Below, in pieces: positions 27,544-38,400 of a stretch of 62,760 nucleotides of DNA. The translations under genes were made by a program, and so were the position numbers. How positions within the stretch are numbered: the first letter of the stretch is position 1; each line of letters starts with the position of its first letter. The notes under the pieces were generated by a model. It saw nothing but the letters and a program-made list of their open reading frames with translations. It was not told where the DNA came from and ran no database searches. Origin of the DNA: Chthonomonadales bacterium (GTDB taxonomy: Bacteria > Armatimonadota > Chthonomonadetes > Chthonomonadales > CAJBBX01); assembly GCA_049967475.1 (NCBI GenBank), contig JBMFSQ010000021.1, positions 1 through 62,760 of the forward strand, read 5' to 3'.

Positions 27544-30500
27544 AGCGCAAGTGGATTTGGATCCCCATCGTTTGTGCGCTCTACCCGTGTGCGGCTTGTC
27601 GAGCGCAAATGGTCACCGGTGCGGACATGCCGGGCTTCACCGATGTGTTTCGGGTGCCGCCCGGCGGGAAGAACCCAGCCTACGATGTGCGCGAGGTGGC
27701 CGTAAGGACCCCATCTGGAGAGGGAGCAAACGTTCTCTGGCCGGGAGAGGCAGCCCGCTTTACCTTCCGCATTACGAATAAGACTGCTGTCCCCATCCGT
27801 ACGAACGCTCGTTTCGATCTCGTCGCGTACGGCACGCGGGTGTCTGTTGGAGACATATGGACGCCCCACGTCTTCAAGATCGCAGACGAGGGCTCCGTTA
27901 CGGTGCGCGTGGATCTCCCGGGAAAGGGCTCCGCCGATTTGACGGTGATCCCTCATGTGCCCGAACGCTTCGGAGGCTATGCCTTAGTGGCGGATCTTGG
28001 GACATTGGGACGAGCCTTTGCTGCCGCATTGGTGCGGGTTCCAAAGCCGGATTTAGGCCGCGTGCAGTTTCCGACCTATGCGTTGGACCTTCCCTGGCCC
28101 TTCCAAATGTCCGAAGCCGTAGCAGTTCTGTTTCAGAAGCTCGGTGTCAAAGGCTGCCGCATGGGCGCAGGGTATTATCCGACGACTGCGCCGGACTTCC
28201 GCCAAAGGATAGAGGAGTTTGAGCAGCATTTGAAATGGGCGTGGAAACATCAGATTACGGTTCTTTTGACTGTTGGCGAGGGCGGAGCGCCGATGCCGCT
28301 GGGGCGGCCCCGGCCCTGGCTTTCACCCGACGATGTAATGCTGGACACTAAGTCGGACTACGCCTGGCTACCCGAGTTCGATGGGGATTTCGAAAGATGG
28401 AGCGCCCTCATCGCCGGTACCTATGGATGGCCGAAGGGGCCCGTAAATGCCATGGAGCTTTGGAACGAACCCTGGGAAGGCATCAGCATCTCCGGGTGGG
28501 GCGCGGATATGATCCGGTACCGGGATCTTTACACCCGCATGGCCCTAGGCATTGAGGAGGCGCGCCGCACAGCGGGAGTGAGGGTGCTTATCGGGGGCGC
28601 CTGTTCGTCCACCAACACTCGGGACAAACTGTTTTGTGACGGGTCGGACCGCTTCCTCAAATGGCTGGATTTCGTGTCTATTCATTATCAACCACTCGCA
28701 GCAGACCCGGCCCTGGAGAAGAAGTGGGTGAACCGGAAGAGCCCCTACGGACCGGTGCGCGTTTGGGACACGGAGAGCTGGATCGCCAACTCCGAAGACC
28801 GGGTTGCTGCGGTCATCGCCTCCATGCGGGCACAGGGGCAGACACGCACCGCCGGTATCTACCATGGCAACGTGTACACGCCGGAAGTGTTGACGGATCG
28901 CCCGCGGGAGGGGATCGTTCAGGCGTGGTCTCCCGCCGCAGCCGTTGCAGCGACGCAAAAGTTTTTGGGCCAGCGGCCTTTCGAGCGCATTCTGTTTCGG
29001 AACGGGCTGCCGTGGGTTTTTGTGTTTGGGTCTAGACCCGCCCCGGATGGGGCACCGCTTCCGGTGAGAACCCGCAATTCCCGGCACTTCGGAGAACGCG
29101 ATGACGGAACGGTGGTCGTGCTCGGGGATCTCGGTGCGATCTACGACCGGAACCGCACGCTCTTCCGCCAGATCACCGGTCTTCAGAACGTGCCCGACGT
29201 GGACGCGGCCCGGCGCGCTCTGGCAGCGCTTCCCCCGGACGCCGGCGACGAAAGGCGCCGGGTCCTTCAGGCGGCCCTGGATGCTGCCGCCGTGGTTCGG
29301 GGCGCATCCCTCACGCTGGGCGACGGCGGCGGTCAGTTCGTGCTCTATGACTTTTACGGCAATCCGGTGCCTGCTCATGGTGGCAAGATTGTGGTCCCGT
29401 TGAACGGACAAGGCTATTTTCTGCGGACGCGCGGGGCGCCGGGGTCCTTCGGAAGGCTCATCGCGGCCATCGAGAAAGGACGCATCGAGGGATATGTGCC
29501 CGTGGAAATCGTCGCCCATGATCTGCTGGCGCGCATCGAAGAACACCCGATGCTGCACATCACCCTTACGAACATTCTGAACCGCCCCGTCCACGGAGAG
29601 CTGGATGTGCGCCTGGAAGGGCTTAAACTCGATGGGACCAAGCAGCACCTCGCTTTGGCGCCCCACGAAACGCGCGAGGTGCACATGGCTGTTGTTGGGG
29701 GCCATCCTACGCCGACGAATACCTACCACGTAAACGCGCGCTTCGATGCCGGCAAGGATGGCGTAGCCGCCCATGCCGAGGATTTGCACGTGAACGTGGT
29801 CTCTCGCAGAAGCATCGTCGTGGATGGGGATCTGAGCGACTGGCGGGGCGTTCTGCCGCAGCCCATGAGCGCCGCTCTAGGGCGCAGTCTCACCGAGGAA
29901 GCCTATTTGCCGTTCCTGCAAGCGAAGAGCGCTGCTTCCTCCGGGGCCGCCGTAATATGGCTGGCTTATGACGATCAATTTTTCTATTTTGCGGCCAGGA
30001 TCGCGGACGACACGCCCTACGAGGGGAATATTCGCTTCGCCACACGTAACGATGACGCCTACTTCTACCCCGAAACCGTTTATGAGGATCGCGCCAAGAC
30101 GCGGGCTCTCCATTGGCCGGCGGGCGTAAGGCGCTTCTCCTACCGCAAGGACCCGGATCTGCCCTCAGGGAACGGCACCGACAACGTCCAGATTGCCTTC
30201 AATGTGCTCCCCGCTGACCGCAAAACGTGGCTTCCGTACCCCAGGGGTACAATGCCCCATTTCATGACCTATCAGGACACGGACTACGAGTTTGCGTTCA
30301 ATCAGGTTGCGCCTCAATACGGAGGGGGATTTGAAATCTGGCGGTTGCTGGCGCCGGGGATGCCACGAAAGCACTTCTATCCTCGCCAGCCGAAAGCGCC
30401 GGTAGACGGCGGTCCTGTGAGCAACGGCAAGCTCGTGATGCGGAGGGAAGGCAATACCCGGATTGTAGAAGCGGCGCTTCCATGGTCCGAGCTTCGCGAT

Positions 30501-30680
30501 GTGAAGTCCTGCATAGACGCTGGACTGCCTGTGAAGTTCACCTGCCGCATCAACGACAACGGGGGGCCGGCTTTAGAGCTGGCAGCGGAACGGAGCGTGT
30601 CCAAGGCGGGCACTCCCACCTTCCACAATGATTGGACTACGCATTGGGCGAACGAGCTGGAATTTTCCTTCGAGCGGTAG
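27540..30680 (+). CDS. Large secreted clan GH-A (GH39-like) hydrolase with C-terminal CBM9/DOMON-like domain
   Basis: ATG 27540 overlaps the upstream stop; ELWNEP, SIHY, VWDTESW; VDGDLSDW..LAYDDQFFYFAA. Confidence 0.65.
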   Translation: MKRKWIWIPIVCALYPCAACRAQMVTGADMPGFTDVFRVPPGGKNPAYDVREVAVRTPSGEGANVLWPGEAARFTFRITNKTAVPIRTNARFDLVAYGTRVSVGDIWTPHVFKIADEGSVTVRVDLPGKGSADLTVIPHVPERFGGYALVADLGTLGRAFAAALVRVPKPDLGRVQFPTYALDLPWPFQMSEAVAVLFQKLGVKGCRMGAGYYPTTAPDFRQRIEEFEQHLKWAWKHQITVLLTVGEGGAPMPLGRPRPWLSPDDVMLDTKSDYAWLPEFDGDFERWSALIAGTYGWPKGPVNAMELWNEPWEGISISGWGADMIRYRDLYTRMALGIEEARRTAGVRVLIGGACSSTNTRDKLFCDGSDRFLKWLDFVSIHYQPLAADPALEKKWVNRKSPYGPVRVWDTESWIANSEDRVAAVIASMRAQGQTRTAGIYHGNVYTPEVLTDRPREGIVQAWSPAAAVAATQKFLGQRPFERILFRNGLPWVFVFGSRPAPDGAPLPVRTRNSRHFGERDDGTVVVLGDLGAIYDRNRTLFRQITGLQNVPDVDAARRALAALPPDAGDERRRVLQAALDAAAVVRGASLTLGDGGGQFVLYDFYGNPVPAHGGKIVVPLNGQGYFLRTRGAPGSFGRLIAAIEKGRIEGYVPVEIVAHDLLARIEEHPMLHITLTNILNRPVHGELDVRLEGLKLDGTKQHLALAPHETREVHMAVVGGHPTPTNTYHVNARFDAGKDGVAAHAEDLHVNVVSRRSIVVDGDLSDWRGVLPQPMSAALGRSLTEEAYLPFLQAKSAASSGAAVIWLAYDDQFFYFAARIADDTPYEGNIRFATRNDDAYFYPETVYEDRAKTRALHWPAGVRRFSYRKDPDLPSGNGTDNVQIAFNVLPADRKTWLPYPRGTMPHFMTYQDTDYEFAFNQVAPQYGGGFEIWRLLAPGMPRKHFYPRQPKAPVDGGPVSNGKLVMRREGNTRIVEAALPWSELRDVKSCIDAGLPVKFTCRINDNGGPALELAAERSVSKAGTPTFHNDWTTHWANELEFSFER

Positions 30681-30694
30681 GGTCAAAAGGGGAT

Positions 30695-30718
30695 GGGGCG
30701 GACGAAGGCATCCGCCCC
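30695..30718. terminator. Hairpin between convergent genes, probable terminator
   Basis: GGGGCGGA(30695-30702)/TCCGCCCC(30711-30718) between stops at 30680 and 30739. Confidence 0.45.
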
Positions 30719-30738
30719 GGAGCGTGGCGCCGCAGGCG

Positions 30739-31482
30739 TTACCCTTGCCCTGCCTGTTCCAGCGGAACCACCCACACATTGCGGAATTGCACAGGGTCGT
30801 GATCGCCCTGGAGGATCAGCGGTCCCGTTTTGGCCATATCGTGATACTGTTCGTACTGAATGCCGGTTGGACCCGTGAACTCTTCATTGTTCTGAATAAG
30901 GATGCCGTTCTGGAAAACCGTGGCGCGCGGCTTCTCGATCACCTGACCATTGGCATCCAAACGGGGTGCCCGGAAGATGATGTCGTAGGTTTGCCATTCA
31001 CCGGGCTGTTTTGAAGCGATCACGATGGGTGGCTTCTCATCATAGAACGCGCCGCATTGATGCTTCTCGGGCTGGTGTCCGTACGAGTTGAGGATCTGGA
31101 CTTCGTACCGTCCTTGTATGCCCACGCCGCTGTTCCCACCGCCTTGCATCGGTTCGCGAAACTCCACGTGGATGTAGGCGTCTCCAAACTCCTGTTTACT
31201 GGTGATATCATCGTGCTTTGGCGTGGCAGCGCCATCGGGACCTACGGACCAATCGGCCGGATCTGTAGTGCGCCGTTTGTACCAGTTGTTCCGCAGATCC
31301 TCTTCCTTGCCGGAGTAGAGGATCACTGCTCCAGGGGGAGGCGTCGTCTGAAGTTTGATTTGGAGCGTAGTGGGCTTCGCTACCGGAGCTTGGCCGGCCG
31401 CCTGCATCTGCCTGCATGCGACGACTGCCGAGACGGATGCCGCAGCGGCCAGAACGATGATCCACGGGTTGCGGGATTTCAT
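30739..31482 (-). CDS. DUF1080 (3-keto-disaccharide hydrolase-like) secreted protein
   Basis: Signal peptide; HVEF, GNSGV, YEVQILNS, WQTYDIIF, LQGDHDPVQFRNVW. Confidence 0.85.
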   Translation of the reverse strand: MKSRNPWIIVLAAAASVSAVVACRQMQAAGQAPVAKPTTLQIKLQTTPPPGAVILYSGKEEDLRNNWYKRRTTDPADWSVGPDGAATPKHDDITSKQEFGDAYIHVEFREPMQGGGNSGVGIQGRYEVQILNSYGHQPEKHQCGAFYDEKPPIVIASKQPGEWQTYDIIFRAPRLDANGQVIEKPRATVFQNGILIQNNEEFTGPTGIQYEQYHDMAKTGPLILQGDHDPVQFRNVWVVPLEQAGQG

Positions 31483-31750
31483 GGTAACCTCTCTCCTCAT
31501 TGCCGCCCTAGGAAATGGGCGGCGGATGCTCTCTCGATGTGCCTCTTAACATTCGATAGTCCCGGGAATGTTTCCCTCCCTAGATCCCTTGCTCTTGAAT
31601 GTGTGGAGAACGGCACAGCAATCGAAAAGCGTGCACCGGGGCAAGGGTACACTGTGATGGAACCGCAAGGGCGCAGGCGGACCCTCGAAACCCAACAGGG
31701 ATGCAGGGCGTATTGACGATGGCGCCGGCTGCGTCAACCGGGTGAAAAGC

Positions 31751-32665
31751 ATGGCTGTAGCAACGTTCTCACACGTAACTGTGGAATATGGGCGCCGTGT
31801 CGCCTTGGACAACTTGGATTTGGAGATCCCGGAAGGAAGCGTGGGTCTTCTCGGGCCCAATGGAGCAGGCAAGACCACGGCAATCAAGGCCCTAATGGGC
31901 TTCCTTCGGCCGGCATCGGGAAGTGCAAGGGTCTTCGGTTTGGACGCGGCACGGCAGGCAGCGCGCATCCGCACCCATACGGGCCTGATGCCTGAGGCCG
32001 ATTGTTATTTTCCCGCGATGACGGCGGTGGGAATGGTAGCCTATGCCGCCGAACTTGCCGGCCTTCCGCCTGCCCAGGCGCTGCGCCGAGCCCACGAAAC
32101 TCTCGAATACTGCGGTTTGGGCGATGCACGGTATCGCATGGTTGAGGGTTTCTCCACGGGAATGAAGCAACGCGTGAAGCTGGCGCAGGCGCTCGTGCAT
32201 GGCCCGAAGCTCCTCTTCCTGGATGAACCCACCAATGGCCTGGACCCGGCAGGCCGCGAGGCGATGCTGGCACTCATTCGCGACCTGTCCTATGGGAAGG
32301 GCATCAACGTGGTGCTTTCCACGCACTTGCTTCTGGATGTGGAGCGCACGTGCAGCTACGTGATCGTTTTGCGCGACGGCCGTGTGGCCGCGGCGGGAGC
32401 CCTCCGCGATCTCATGGCTCTCGGTGATGCATACGTAGACGTGGAGCTTCGTTTGGCTGAGGATGGCTTCGACGCCGCGGTTGTCCGGCGCGGCGGAGGC
32501 ATCGTGAGCCGGCTGGGCAGCCGCTACCGCATTCGCCTTCCCAAGGGGATTGCAGACCCAGCCAGGTTTCTATTCGAATGTGCCGAAGAGGGCCGCGCTC
32601 AAGTGCGGGGCTTTCGGCCGGCTGCACGGTCGCTGGAGGATGTATTCGTGGAGGCGGTAGAGTGA
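31751..32665 (+). CDS. ABC transporter ATP-binding protein
   Basis: GPNGAGKTT, FSTGMKQR, LFLDEPT, STH; start 31742 or 31751. Confidence 0.92.
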   Translation: MAVATFSHVTVEYGRRVALDNLDLEIPEGSVGLLGPNGAGKTTAIKALMGFLRPASGSARVFGLDAARQAARIRTHTGLMPEADCYFPAMTAVGMVAYAAELAGLPPAQALRRAHETLEYCGLGDARYRMVEGFSTGMKQRVKLAQALVHGPKLLFLDEPTNGLDPAGREAMLALIRDLSYGKGINVVLSTHLLLDVERTCSYVIVLRDGRVAAAGALRDLMALGDAYVDVELRLAEDGFDAAVVRRGGGIVSRLGSRYRIRLPKGIADPARFLFECAEEGRAQVRGFRPAARSLEDVFVEAVE

Positions 32666-33681
32666 AGCGTGTCAACAGCGGCGAACCCGCTCCCCCAGGG
32701 AATGGCCAGGCATCGGGAGAGGCCTGTATTGCGGACCTCTCGTACCGCTCCTACGACGGACCATACCGCACGCGGCTGCTTCGATGGTGGGTGATTGCCG
32801 GTGCATGGATGCGCGCCGTGCGAAAGCAGCCTGCGTTCTGGGCTTTGGCTGCGTTTTCCCTTTGGCCATACGCTCGGGCCATCTTCTTTCTGTATCTGGA
32901 CGGCAACCGCCTCCTGAGGCGTCCGCCCGGAGCGCCGGATGTGGGGCTGATGTTGGGTATTGCCGATCATACGCGGGGGCAGCAGTTCGCCTTTCAGCTC
33001 TACGGCGCGCTTACCTCTCAATGGTTTCTCTGGATGATCCCGGTTGCCTTGGTTGCAGGAGCGGGATGCATTGCCATGGATAACCGGGCGGGAGCGTTGA
33101 TGCTGTACCTGGCCCGGCCGATTACCAGGGCCGAATACTTGGCCGGCAAGTGGGCCGGGGTTTTTGTTCTGCTTGCTGGGACCACTTTGGTTCCTCAGCT
33201 TTTCCTCTATGCGTACTGCGCCCTCTCATATTCCAGCGAAGGCTTCTTCCACAACGAGCCGCTGCTGCTCGTGAGGGCTGCGGCCGCTTCCCTTGTGCCC
33301 GCTCTCGTTCACGCTGCTCTCCTTGTGGGGTTCAGTGCTTGGTGCCGCACTCCCCGCATCGCCGGCGCTGCCTATGCCGGCTTCTACTTCATCGTGTCCA
33401 TTGCCTCGCAAATGGTGTGGCGGCAGGTGTACCACGGCCATCTGGGTAAAGGCGAATTGGTGCGTCACCTTCACGTTCATGGTGCGGTTGAGGGGGTGGT
33501 GCAGAACATTTTCGGGGTGACGATCCACACCATCACCGGGAGCAGGCGTTTGGGCATCGAGTACGTAACGCTTCCTCCACCATCGCTGAGTGTGATGGGC
33601 GGCCTCTGCGCCCTCATCGTTGTCATTTCGGTGGCCGCAGCCTTAACTAAGATCCAGGCTGTGGAGGTGGTGCGGGGATGA
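32662..33681 (+). CDS. ABC-2 type permease
   Basis: Multiple TM helices and YLARPITRAEYLAGK; GTG overlaps the upstream stop. Confidence 0.8.
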   Translation: MKRVNSGEPAPPGNGQASGEACIADLSYRSYDGPYRTRLLRWWVIAGAWMRAVRKQPAFWALAAFSLWPYARAIFFLYLDGNRLLRRPPGAPDVGLMLGIADHTRGQQFAFQLYGALTSQWFLWMIPVALVAGAGCIAMDNRAGALMLYLARPITRAEYLAGKWAGVFVLLAGTTLVPQLFLYAYCALSYSSEGFFHNEPLLLVRAAAASLVPALVHAALLVGFSAWCRTPRIAGAAYAGFYFIVSIASQMVWRQVYHGHLGKGELVRHLHVHGAVEGVVQNIFGVTIHTITGSRRLGIEYVTLPPPSLSVMGGLCALIVVISVAAALTKIQAVEVVRG

Positions 33682-34604
33682 TCACGCTGGAGCACGCTTC
33701 GAGGTGGTACGGACACGTGCTCGGCGTGAACGACGTGTCTTGTACCATCTCTTCCGGCATTACGACCCTGCTGGGGCCCAACGGGGCCGGCAAGACCACC
33801 CTCATCCGCCTCATTACGGGCCAACTTCGGCCCACCACCGGGTCTGTGTCCGTGCTGGGGGAGCGGCCCTTCGCCAATCCTCGCGTCTATGCCCGGTTAG
33901 GGTACTGCCCTGAAGGGGATGGCATCTATGAGGATCTTACCGGCCGGGACATGGTAACGTTTTTGGCGGCGCTTTCGGGGCTTTCAGGCCGCCGTCTGCG
34001 AGAGCGTGTGCAACAGGCTCTGGAGGTGACGGGCATCCATGAGCACGCAGACCGGCGCATCGCGGGGTACTCCAAAGGCATGCGCCAGAGGGTCAAGCTG
34101 GCCCAGGCGTTGGTCCACGACCCCGAAATCCTCATTCTGGATGAACCCCTCAACGGTTTGGATCCGGTTGGGCGTCGCGAGATGGCCCAGCTCATGAAGG
34201 ATTTAGGCGCCGCAGGCAAGTGTGTGGTGGTGAGCAGCCACATCCTCCACGAGGTGGAGCAGTTGACGCGGAACATTCTCGTGCTGCATCACGGACGTTT
34301 GCTCGCTCAAGGGGATCTTTACGCCATCCGGGCCCTGATTGATGCCCATCCCCACCGCATCGCCATTTCAACGCCGGACGGCCGTGAGTTGGCCCGCTGC
34401 TTGTTGAACCTTCCCGGGGTGGTGAGCGCGAGGCTGAAGAACGGGCACGCCGCGGAAGTCGAGATCGAAACGACGGATCCTGAGCGCTTCTACCAAGAAT
34501 TCCCGCATCTGGTAGCGGATCACGGATTTCGCGTGTGGGCCTTCTCCTCGCCAGACAACAATCTGGAAGCCGTATTCCGGTATCTGGTGGAGGGCTCGGC
34601 ATGA
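33678..34604 (+). CDS. ABC transporter ATP-binding protein
   Basis: GPNGAGKTT, YSKGMRQR, LILDEPL, SSH. Confidence 0.92.
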   Translation: MITLEHASRWYGHVLGVNDVSCTISSGITTLLGPNGAGKTTLIRLITGQLRPTTGSVSVLGERPFANPRVYARLGYCPEGDGIYEDLTGRDMVTFLAALSGLSGRRLRERVQQALEVTGIHEHADRRIAGYSKGMRQRVKLAQALVHDPEILILDEPLNGLDPVGRREMAQLMKDLGAAGKCVVVSSHILHEVEQLTRNILVLHHGRLLAQGDLYAIRALIDAHPHRIAISTPDGRELARCLLNLPGVVSARLKNGHAAEVEIETTDPERFYQEFPHLVADHGFRVWAFSSPDNNLEAVFRYLVEGSA

Positions 34605-35383
34605 CCGCTGAGGCTCACTTGTTGCGTGTGGCATTTGCCGACCTGTGCCGGCCTAAGCGCCTTGTGGCCGTTGCGACGGTGTCTATGGTGCCGGCATTGC
34701 TGGTGCTCCTGGTGCGTGTGGCGAGACCCGCCTCGGCTATGGCGTCGGTGCGGTACAACTTTGCTGCCACGTTTCTGGGCTTCGGCTTCGTCTTGCCCAT
34801 CCTAGCCGCCGTTTTTGCTACAGGGGCGATCCGCGACGACATGGAGCAAAAGAGGATCCCCTACGTACTTACACGGCCCGTCGCACGCTGGCGCATTCTC
34901 GCGCCGAAATTCGTTGCCGCCGTGTTTGCGGCCGCCGCAGGGGTAGCCCTCTGTCTGGCCTCGTGCGCGGTTGCAGCATGGGGACCGGCGGGACTGCGAG
35001 CTGCCCCTCTCGCCCTGGATCTGGAGATCGCACTGGTGGGAGCTGCGGTGTATTCCGCATTCTTCCTCATGCTCGCTGCCCTGGTGAAACGGGCGCTGTT
35101 GGCGGGGCTTCTCTTCGCATTCGGATGGGAGAGCTGGGTCCCCAATATGCCCGGCAGCTTTCAGAAGTTGAGCCTCATGACGTACTTGCGCGTGCTTGCC
35201 CCGCACCGCCTGCCCGAAGCGGAATCGGTGGACATTTCCCAACTCCTCAACGCGTTGGCGCCCCAAACCATTACCCCCGGGACGGCGTGGGCCGCGATAG
35301 GCTGGGTGACGGCATTGGCCCTCGCAGTGGCGTTTATCTCGTTTTCCACTCGGGAGTACCTTCCGCAGGAAGACGACAGCTAG
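34601..35383 (+). CDS. ABC-2 type permease
   Basis: About six TM helices, YVLTRPVARWRILAPK; ATGA overlap with the upstream gene. Confidence 0.8.
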   Translation: MTAEAHLLRVAFADLCRPKRLVAVATVSMVPALLVLLVRVARPASAMASVRYNFAATFLGFGFVLPILAAVFATGAIRDDMEQKRIPYVLTRPVARWRILAPKFVAAVFAAAAGVALCLASCAVAAWGPAGLRAAPLALDLEIALVGAAVYSAFFLMLAALVKRALLAGLLFAFGWESWVPNMPGSFQKLSLMTYLRVLAPHRLPEAESVDISQLLNALAPQTITPGTAWAAIGWVTALALAVAFISFSTREYLPQEDDS

Positions 35384-35499
35384 TTGCGGCCCCATGGCGT
35401 GACAGATGCCGGATCAGGAGTGCCTGCTGTATGCCGCTTCCTCCTCGCTGCTCGCCTGTTGGGGCGCCGATCCCCATTGCAGCCGGGCGGGAGTGGGCG

Positions 35500-38400
35500 T
35501 CAGCCGCCGGCCGCGTGTGCAATCCAGCGGACTACGGCTTCAGGAACATCGGGTAAGCGAAGGAGCACGTCGGACACGTAGAGCACGCGGCCGCCGTGGG
35601 GCCATTCCACAAGCGCGGCTGCATCGCCATAGTCCTTGCCGCTTCGGCCCACAACGCGGGCGATGGGGGTGTACCGTGCGTCTGGTGGGATCGCGCTCCG
35701 GTCCACGCACCTGAGGCGAGGGTCTCCGGCCGGATACGGCACCGAAGCCGGGAAACGGCCGAGGAGTGAAGCTCCAGGCAGGAATTCCACCCGCAAATCC
35801 TCGCCCGGCAATGTTTCGATGGCGTTGTAAAGGGGCATGCCGAAGCGGCCGCCCAAGGGCTCTGAGCGATGGAAGCCGGGTCCCATGGCATAGCAAAATG
35901 GAAGAGGTTGGCTTGCGGCCAGCACCAGGGTGCCGCCTTCCTGTACATAGCGAACAACCGCCATGGCAGCATCTCCCGGCGAATGCACCGTGTGGACGTA
36001 GTCTTCGCCATCGGCGTAGAGGGCCACGCGGAAGCGGGCTGCGTCGAGCGTTCCAGGCTGCGCGAGCTGTTCTGCTGTGAGTTCGGCAGCGTGCTGCATC
36101 ATGCCCGCCTTCATTGCCAGGTTCATCACGGATCCTCCCGGGTTTGGCGGGAGGATTGCTATGGGCGCTCCCTGGATGGAGGAGAGTTCCTTTCTAAGGA
36201 TTGCCACGCGCGCTTCGTTCTCCCGGAGCGATGCCCACTCCGGAACCCCTTTCTCCTGGAGATGGTCCAAGATGCGCTGCAGCTCCCCTGAGTGCTCTGC
36301 CGCCGGGAGGATGCCGGTGAGTGCCCATACCTGCCGGCCGCCGGGATCCACCCCAGTGACCTCGCCATCCGCGTGGACGAGGCTCAACAGCAATCGTTGG
36401 TGGTAGATGGGCGGCCAGGCGCGCCATGCCTGCGCCTCCAGGTTTTGCTGTGCAGCCCATCGGCGGCCTCCCCGCCCCACGAGTGCTGGGCGAGGGCCGT
36501 TGCCGTCGCTGTAGAGCAGCGCATACCAAGCTCCTTCGCGTACCGGAGGCCTTAGGTGGATTGGGCCGGCGAGGACACTGGGCGCGCCGTACGGAGCGAG
36601 CTGGAATGGGATGCCCCAAGCCCACAGCAGCCCCCGCGGCAAGCCTGCCCATGCATTGAGATGCTCCCAAGACACGTCGGGCCTGGCATCGAAGGGAAGA
36701 ACAACGGGTTCAAAGAACGTACGCGCCTGATGGTCCATGCCTTGGACTGAGGAGGCATCTCGTTGGATCAGCGGGGGCGCGCTTGGGAGGATGGGAGCAG
36801 CAGGATCGAGCTTCCCCACGAGGATGCGGTCTCCAACCGCCACATCGTTGATGCGGAGCGACCAGAGCGCTTGGGGCGGCCGTATGACGTCGGCGCCGGG
36901 GACCAGTACGTGCGTGCGACCGTTCCGGATGATGCGGACGGCTTTGGTCGAAATGTCCACGTAGGGCACCGTAAGCGAGATGCTGAAGGGTTGATTGGGC
37001 GTGTATGGACCGTCAGCCTTAAGAGTGAAGGCGAGGTTGCCATCCCCAGAATTGCGGTAATCGGCGACGGCCACGGTCACGCGGTTCTTGGCGAAGACCA
37101 TGGCGGCCCGCTCTCCAGCCAGCACGCGCACCAACGTGTCGCCTACAGGTTCGATCATGGCTAATGGGGATGCGAAGCCGTATGGCGCGCGCGATCCCAG
37201 CCCGTACACATTCCCTGGAGCCAAACCGTACCCCTCGGTCATATCGCTGGGTTGATAGTCGGCAAGGCGGTCCTTGTACTTTTCTTGGTAAAGCTGGTAC
37301 CACCGGTTAAGGGAGCCCTGTAGGGCCCACATAAGGATGGGATCTCCCGTGTCTACTGCCGTCTGGGCGAGGGTGTCCAGGTTCCAAAACACCTCATTGG
37401 CGCAGGCGGCGCCGGTCCAGTCCCTCCCGCTGTTGGGCTCCCAGAGGAAGGAAGCATCGAGGTTGTCCCAGCGGCTGTTATCTCCGAGCCACATCACCAT
37501 GTACCGGTACGTAAAGGAGCGAGCCAACTGAAGCGCAATCTGGGCCATCTGCCGATGGCGTACATCTGCAGCATGTTTGAAGGTTGTGTAGTAGTCGAGG
37601 CAGAAGGAAGCGCTGAGCGTTCCGCCGATGGCGAATGGGGAGGAGGGCACATCGGCAAATTCGTTGCGCGTCCATGCGATGTGTTTGGCCCAGTTGAGTA
37701 CGCCATCGGCGATGGAGCGGTATTGCGACTTGCCGCAATCGCGGTATAGGTCCAAAAAGAGCCTGCCTGCGGCAAAGCCGTTTGCGTTGTGCAAGGTGGT
37801 GACGGCTGCGCCGCCCCATTGATCGGTCCATCTGCCGGTGAGGGGTTTTTCCCAATAGACGCAGGTGTCCCCTTGCACGCGGAAGCGTTTGGCATACTTG
37901 AGCAGGCGCTGGGCTTCTGCTTCCAGATCTTCCAGTCGGGCTTGGTCCCCGCGGGCTCTGGCAACTTGCACGGCGCTTTCGTTGTGCCAGCGCCATCCGC
38001 CGATAAGCTGCGAACCTGGTATCTGAAATTGGCCCTCTACTCCGTTAATGAGCCCTCCTGGAGGAGGACCCTCGAAGTCCTGCAGGCGGATACCGCCGGG
38101 GAGCCATGAGAGATCAACGATCGGAGGTACCCGAGGCAACAGATCCCGATCGCGCTGCCAGAGATAGTTGAGCACGAAACGGTTGGGGTCATCCGTGGCG
38201 GGCAGCGAAAGCGACCAGATCAGCACGCATCGGGAGGCAATATGATCGCCGGGTTTGGGAAGCATGAGCGTCTGGTAGCCGGTTCCCCCGTAGGGGTAGA
38301 CCAGCGCGACATACTGCCCGCCCCGATTTCCACGAGGGCGCCAATGATATCCCGTGGCGATGTTGCGCTCGGAATTCCCTTCCAAACGCGTCGTGATGAA

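Noticed and set aside
31713..31737. TTGACG..CGTCAA inverted repeat before the ABC cassette as divergent promoters
   Set aside because: No -10 box at a suitable distance on either strand; it could be an operator but is unsupported
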